From positions 960,001 through 992,000 of the forward strand of contig NC_010628.1 of the NCBI RefSeq assembly GCF_000020025.1: 32,000 bases of DNA, read 5' to 3'. Every line of letters begins with the position of its first letter. Position 1 is the first letter of the stretch. Below are positions 29,713 to 32,000 of this stretch, in pieces. Below the pieces are notes generated by a model, which made no database searches, was not told the origin of the DNA, and worked only from the letters and a program-made list of their open reading frames with translations. Source of the stretch: Nostoc punctiforme PCC 73102 (lineage in GTDB: Bacteria; Cyanobacteriota; Cyanobacteriia; Cyanobacteriales; Nostocaceae). Both the position numbers and the translations under genes were made by a program.

Positions 29713-29996
29713 TTTCTCCTTAGATTGTTACTTGTAGTTAATTAAGTTGATAGTTAACTTTCCTTGTATTTAAGACAACATCATCTGTCTCTTAAGTCAG
29801 TCTGAAAGCAATCAAGTTTTAATTGAAATTTTCAATTTTTTATTCAATAAAATCGACTGTACACTTAAGGATTCATAGTATATCTATCAGTCCTAGCACA
29901 GGTTTTTAAATTGCAACTTATGTATGAACAATTATGGTCATTGTTTATATCTATCTTTAGAAAGCAGCAGACTACCAACGTTTAACTAGATGGTCG

Positions 29997-30881
29997 CTAG
30001 ATTAAACTAAGTTCTTTCAGAACCCCTTCTAACTTTTGACTTACTTCTAAATCAGCTTCACATAGCGGTGGACGAGTTGAACCAACCTCCCAACCTTGGA
30101 GTTTCAGCGCTTTTTTCACTGGAATGGGATTTGAAGTGAGAAATAAAGCTTTAAACAACGGGAAGAGTTGGAGATGAATGTCCCTTGCTACTTCAATTTT
30201 TCCCGCACTAAAAGCTTGGATCATCTGCTGTAGTTGGTTTCCTACCAGATGAGAAGCCACACTTACCACACCCTTTGCCCCGATCGCTAACAAGGGCAAA
30301 GTCATGTAATCATCACCAGAATAGATGTGGAATTCTTTTGGTGTCAAGCGACGAATTTCGCTTGCCTGATCTATGCTACCAGTGGATTCTTTAATCCCGA
30401 CAATATTGCTAACCTCAGCTAACCGGGCAACTGTTTCTGGCTGAAGGTTTTGTCCGGTACGACCTGGGACATTGTATAACAACAATGGTAAGTCGGGACA
30501 GGCTTGTGCTATTGCCTGAAAGTGAGCTTCCAATCCCGCTTGCGGCGGTTTGTTGTAATAAGGAACAACTTGTAAGGAACCATGTACTCCTATCTTAGAC
30601 GCTTTTTGGGTGGCAGCGATCGCTTCTTTGGTGGAATTTGAACCACAACCTGCGATCACCTTGGCTTTTCCTGCCACGGACTGCAATACCTCGACAAACA
30701 ACTGGTATTCCTCATCCCAACTCAAGGTAGGGGATTCTCCTGTTGTGCCGCACATCACCAATGTATCTGTACCGTTGTTAGCTAGATGCACTGCCAGTTC
30801 TGCCGCTACACCATAATCTACACTACCGTCTGCTTTAAACGGTGTAATCATAGCGGTTAAAACATTACCAAAATCTCCCAC
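29997..30881 (-). CDS. dapA: 4-hydroxy-tetrahydrodipicolinate synthase
   Basis: 294 aa with a GTG start. [37 protein letters not shown]. Confidence 0.95.
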   Translation of the reverse strand: MGDFGNVLTAMITPFKADGSVDYGVAAELAVHLANNGTDTLVMCGTTGESPTLSWDEEYQLFVEVLQSVAGKAKVIAGCGSNSTKEAIAATQKASKIGVHGSLQVVPYYNKPPQAGLEAHFQAIAQACPDLPLLLYNVPGRTGQNLQPETVARLAEVSNIVGIKESTGSIDQASEIRRLTPKEFHIYSGDDYMTLPLLAIGAKGVVSVASHLVGNQLQQMIQAFSAGKIEVARDIHLQLFPLFKALFLTSNPIPVKKALKLQGWEVGSTRPPLCEADLEVSQKLEGVLKELSLI

Positions 30882-30960
30882 CCTGTTTTCACTCCTGATT
30901 GCCCATGTTTTTATATCTTGGTGGTTTCCTATTGTAATAACCTATCTGCAAATTGCTTTC

Positions 30961-31020
30961 AAGTGTCATTTATCATTTGTCCTTTGTCACTTACCAATGA
31001 CTAATGACTAATAGCTAATG
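30961..31020. repeat. STRR-like heptamer tract spanning the asd-dapA spacer and the asd 3' end
   Basis: TGTCATT, TATCATT, TGTCCTT and TGTCACT units are followed by AATGACT, AATGACT, AATAGCT and AATGG. The last asd codons (AISH) and the stop codon lie inside the tract. Confidence 0.8.
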
Positions 31021-32000
31021 GTTTGAGTAGATTTTTTTCTACCAATAACTCGGCGATTTGTATTGCATTCAATGCTGCGCCTTTGCGGATTTGGTCGCCG
31101 CATAACCATAATTCCAAGCCACAAGAATGAGAAATATCCTGACGGATTCTTCCCACTAAAACTTCATCTCTACCTGTTGCTTCAATTGGCATCGGAAAAT
31201 GATTAGTTTCCCAATCTTCTACCAATTTCACTCCAGGGGAGGAATTTAAAATTTCTCTGGCTTCCTCGGCACTAAAGGTAGTCTCAAATTCTAAATTAAT
31301 GGCTTCTGAATGGGCGCGGAGTACGGGAACCCGTATACAGGTCGCAGTGATTCTGATTTGCTGCGTGCCAAATATTTTTCGGGTTTCGTTGACCATTTTC
31401 ATCTCTTCCTCACAATAACCCAAATCATTTAATGGCGAGTTATGCGGGAATAAATTAAATGCCAATGGGTAAGGTAATACCTCAGCAACTGGCGGCTGTC
31501 CTTGTAGTATAGCGCTTGTTTGGGTTTTGACTTCTGCGATTGCTCTGGCACCAGCACCACTAGCAGATTGGTAGGTTGAAGCCACAATGCGTTGCACTGG
31601 TTTAACTTTATGCAATGGCCATACTGCCACAGTCATCAAAATTGTTGTGCAGTTGGGGTTAGCAATAATGCCTTGGTGATTAGCTGCGGCTTGTGGATTA
31701 ACCTCTGGTACTATTAGGGGAACTTCTGGGTTCATCCGAAAGGCACTGGAGTTGTCAATTACCACTGCACCCTTTGCCACGGCAACTGCTGCCCAAGTCT
31801 TAGATGTGGAACCACCCGCACTAGCTAGTACTATATCAACATTTTCAAAGGCGCGATCGCTCACTGGCTCTACTGGGATATTTTCCCCTTTGAACCGTAG
31901 CGATCGCCCGATACTACGCTCTGATGCCAATAACTTCAAGTCAGCAATCGGAAAATTACGGCTTTCTAATAATTCCAGCAACTCTGTGCCAACTGCACCA
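31001..32000 (-). CDS. asd: Aspartate-semialdehyde dehydrogenase; the 5' end lies outside the window
   Basis: The frame stays open to the window edge, where GAVGTELLELLESRNFP is part of the N-terminal NAD(P)-binding region. Motifs are NPNCTTI (active-site Cys) and SGAG. The listed Met at 31981 is internal. Confidence 0.93.
   Translation of the reverse strand, partial: GAVGTELLELLESRNFPIADLKLLASERSIGRSLRFKGENIPVEPVSDRAFENVDIVLASAGGSTSKTWAAVAVAKGAVVIDNSSAFRMNPEVPLIVPEVNPQAAANHQGIIANPNCTTILMTVAVWPLHKVKPVQRIVASTYQSASGAGARAIAEVKTQTSAILQGQPPVAEVLPYPLAFNLFPHNSPLNDLGYCEEEMKMVNETRKIFGTQQIRITATCIRVPVLRAHSEAINLEFETTFSAEEAREILNSSPGVKLVEDWETNHFPMPIEATGRDEVLVGRIRQDISHSCGLELWLCGDQIRKGAALNAIQIAELLVEKNLLKPLAISH

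Overview
This window looks like a chromosomal segment of a filamentous, heterocyst-forming cyanobacterium (Nostoc/Anabaena type). The supporting signals are about 39 copies (counted by eye) of the HIP1 octamer GCGATCGC, many heptamer STRR-like tracts (TGTCATT/AATGACT, GTGCTGA, TTAGGAG), and nested small dispersed repeats. Most of the window is core metabolism and housekeeping. It holds ferredoxin-sulfite reductase (sir), a Uma2-family nuclease, rsmE and ureD-ureA-ureB-ureC. It also holds groES-groEL with a perfect CIRCE operator and a K-box-like motif, a LuxR-type response regulator and a NIL-domain protein. Further on are a hybrid REC-histidine kinase, a class-3 aldehyde dehydrogenase, a small sulfite-oxidase-like molybdoenzyme, rpmF, a pseudo-orthocaspase and a Mo-nitrogenase-C-domain protein. 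The window ends with the minus-strand cluster asd-dapA-rnj. There are two accessory patches. The first (8995-10250) carries hicB-hicA flanked by decayed nuclease/transposase-like gene remnants and a small dispersed repeat. The second (14789-19743) carries a vapBC-like module, a secreted TPR protein and a translationally coupled gene pair. That pair encodes a TIR-domain/AAA-like ATPase protein and a paralogous ATPase fused to a transmembrane helix and TPR repeats. I consider it the best candidate for an undescribed conflict or signalling system, with the effector and the sensor split between two paralogous STAND-like NTPases. No rRNA, tRNA or CRISPR array was found. All family assignments come from motif recognition by eye, with no database search.
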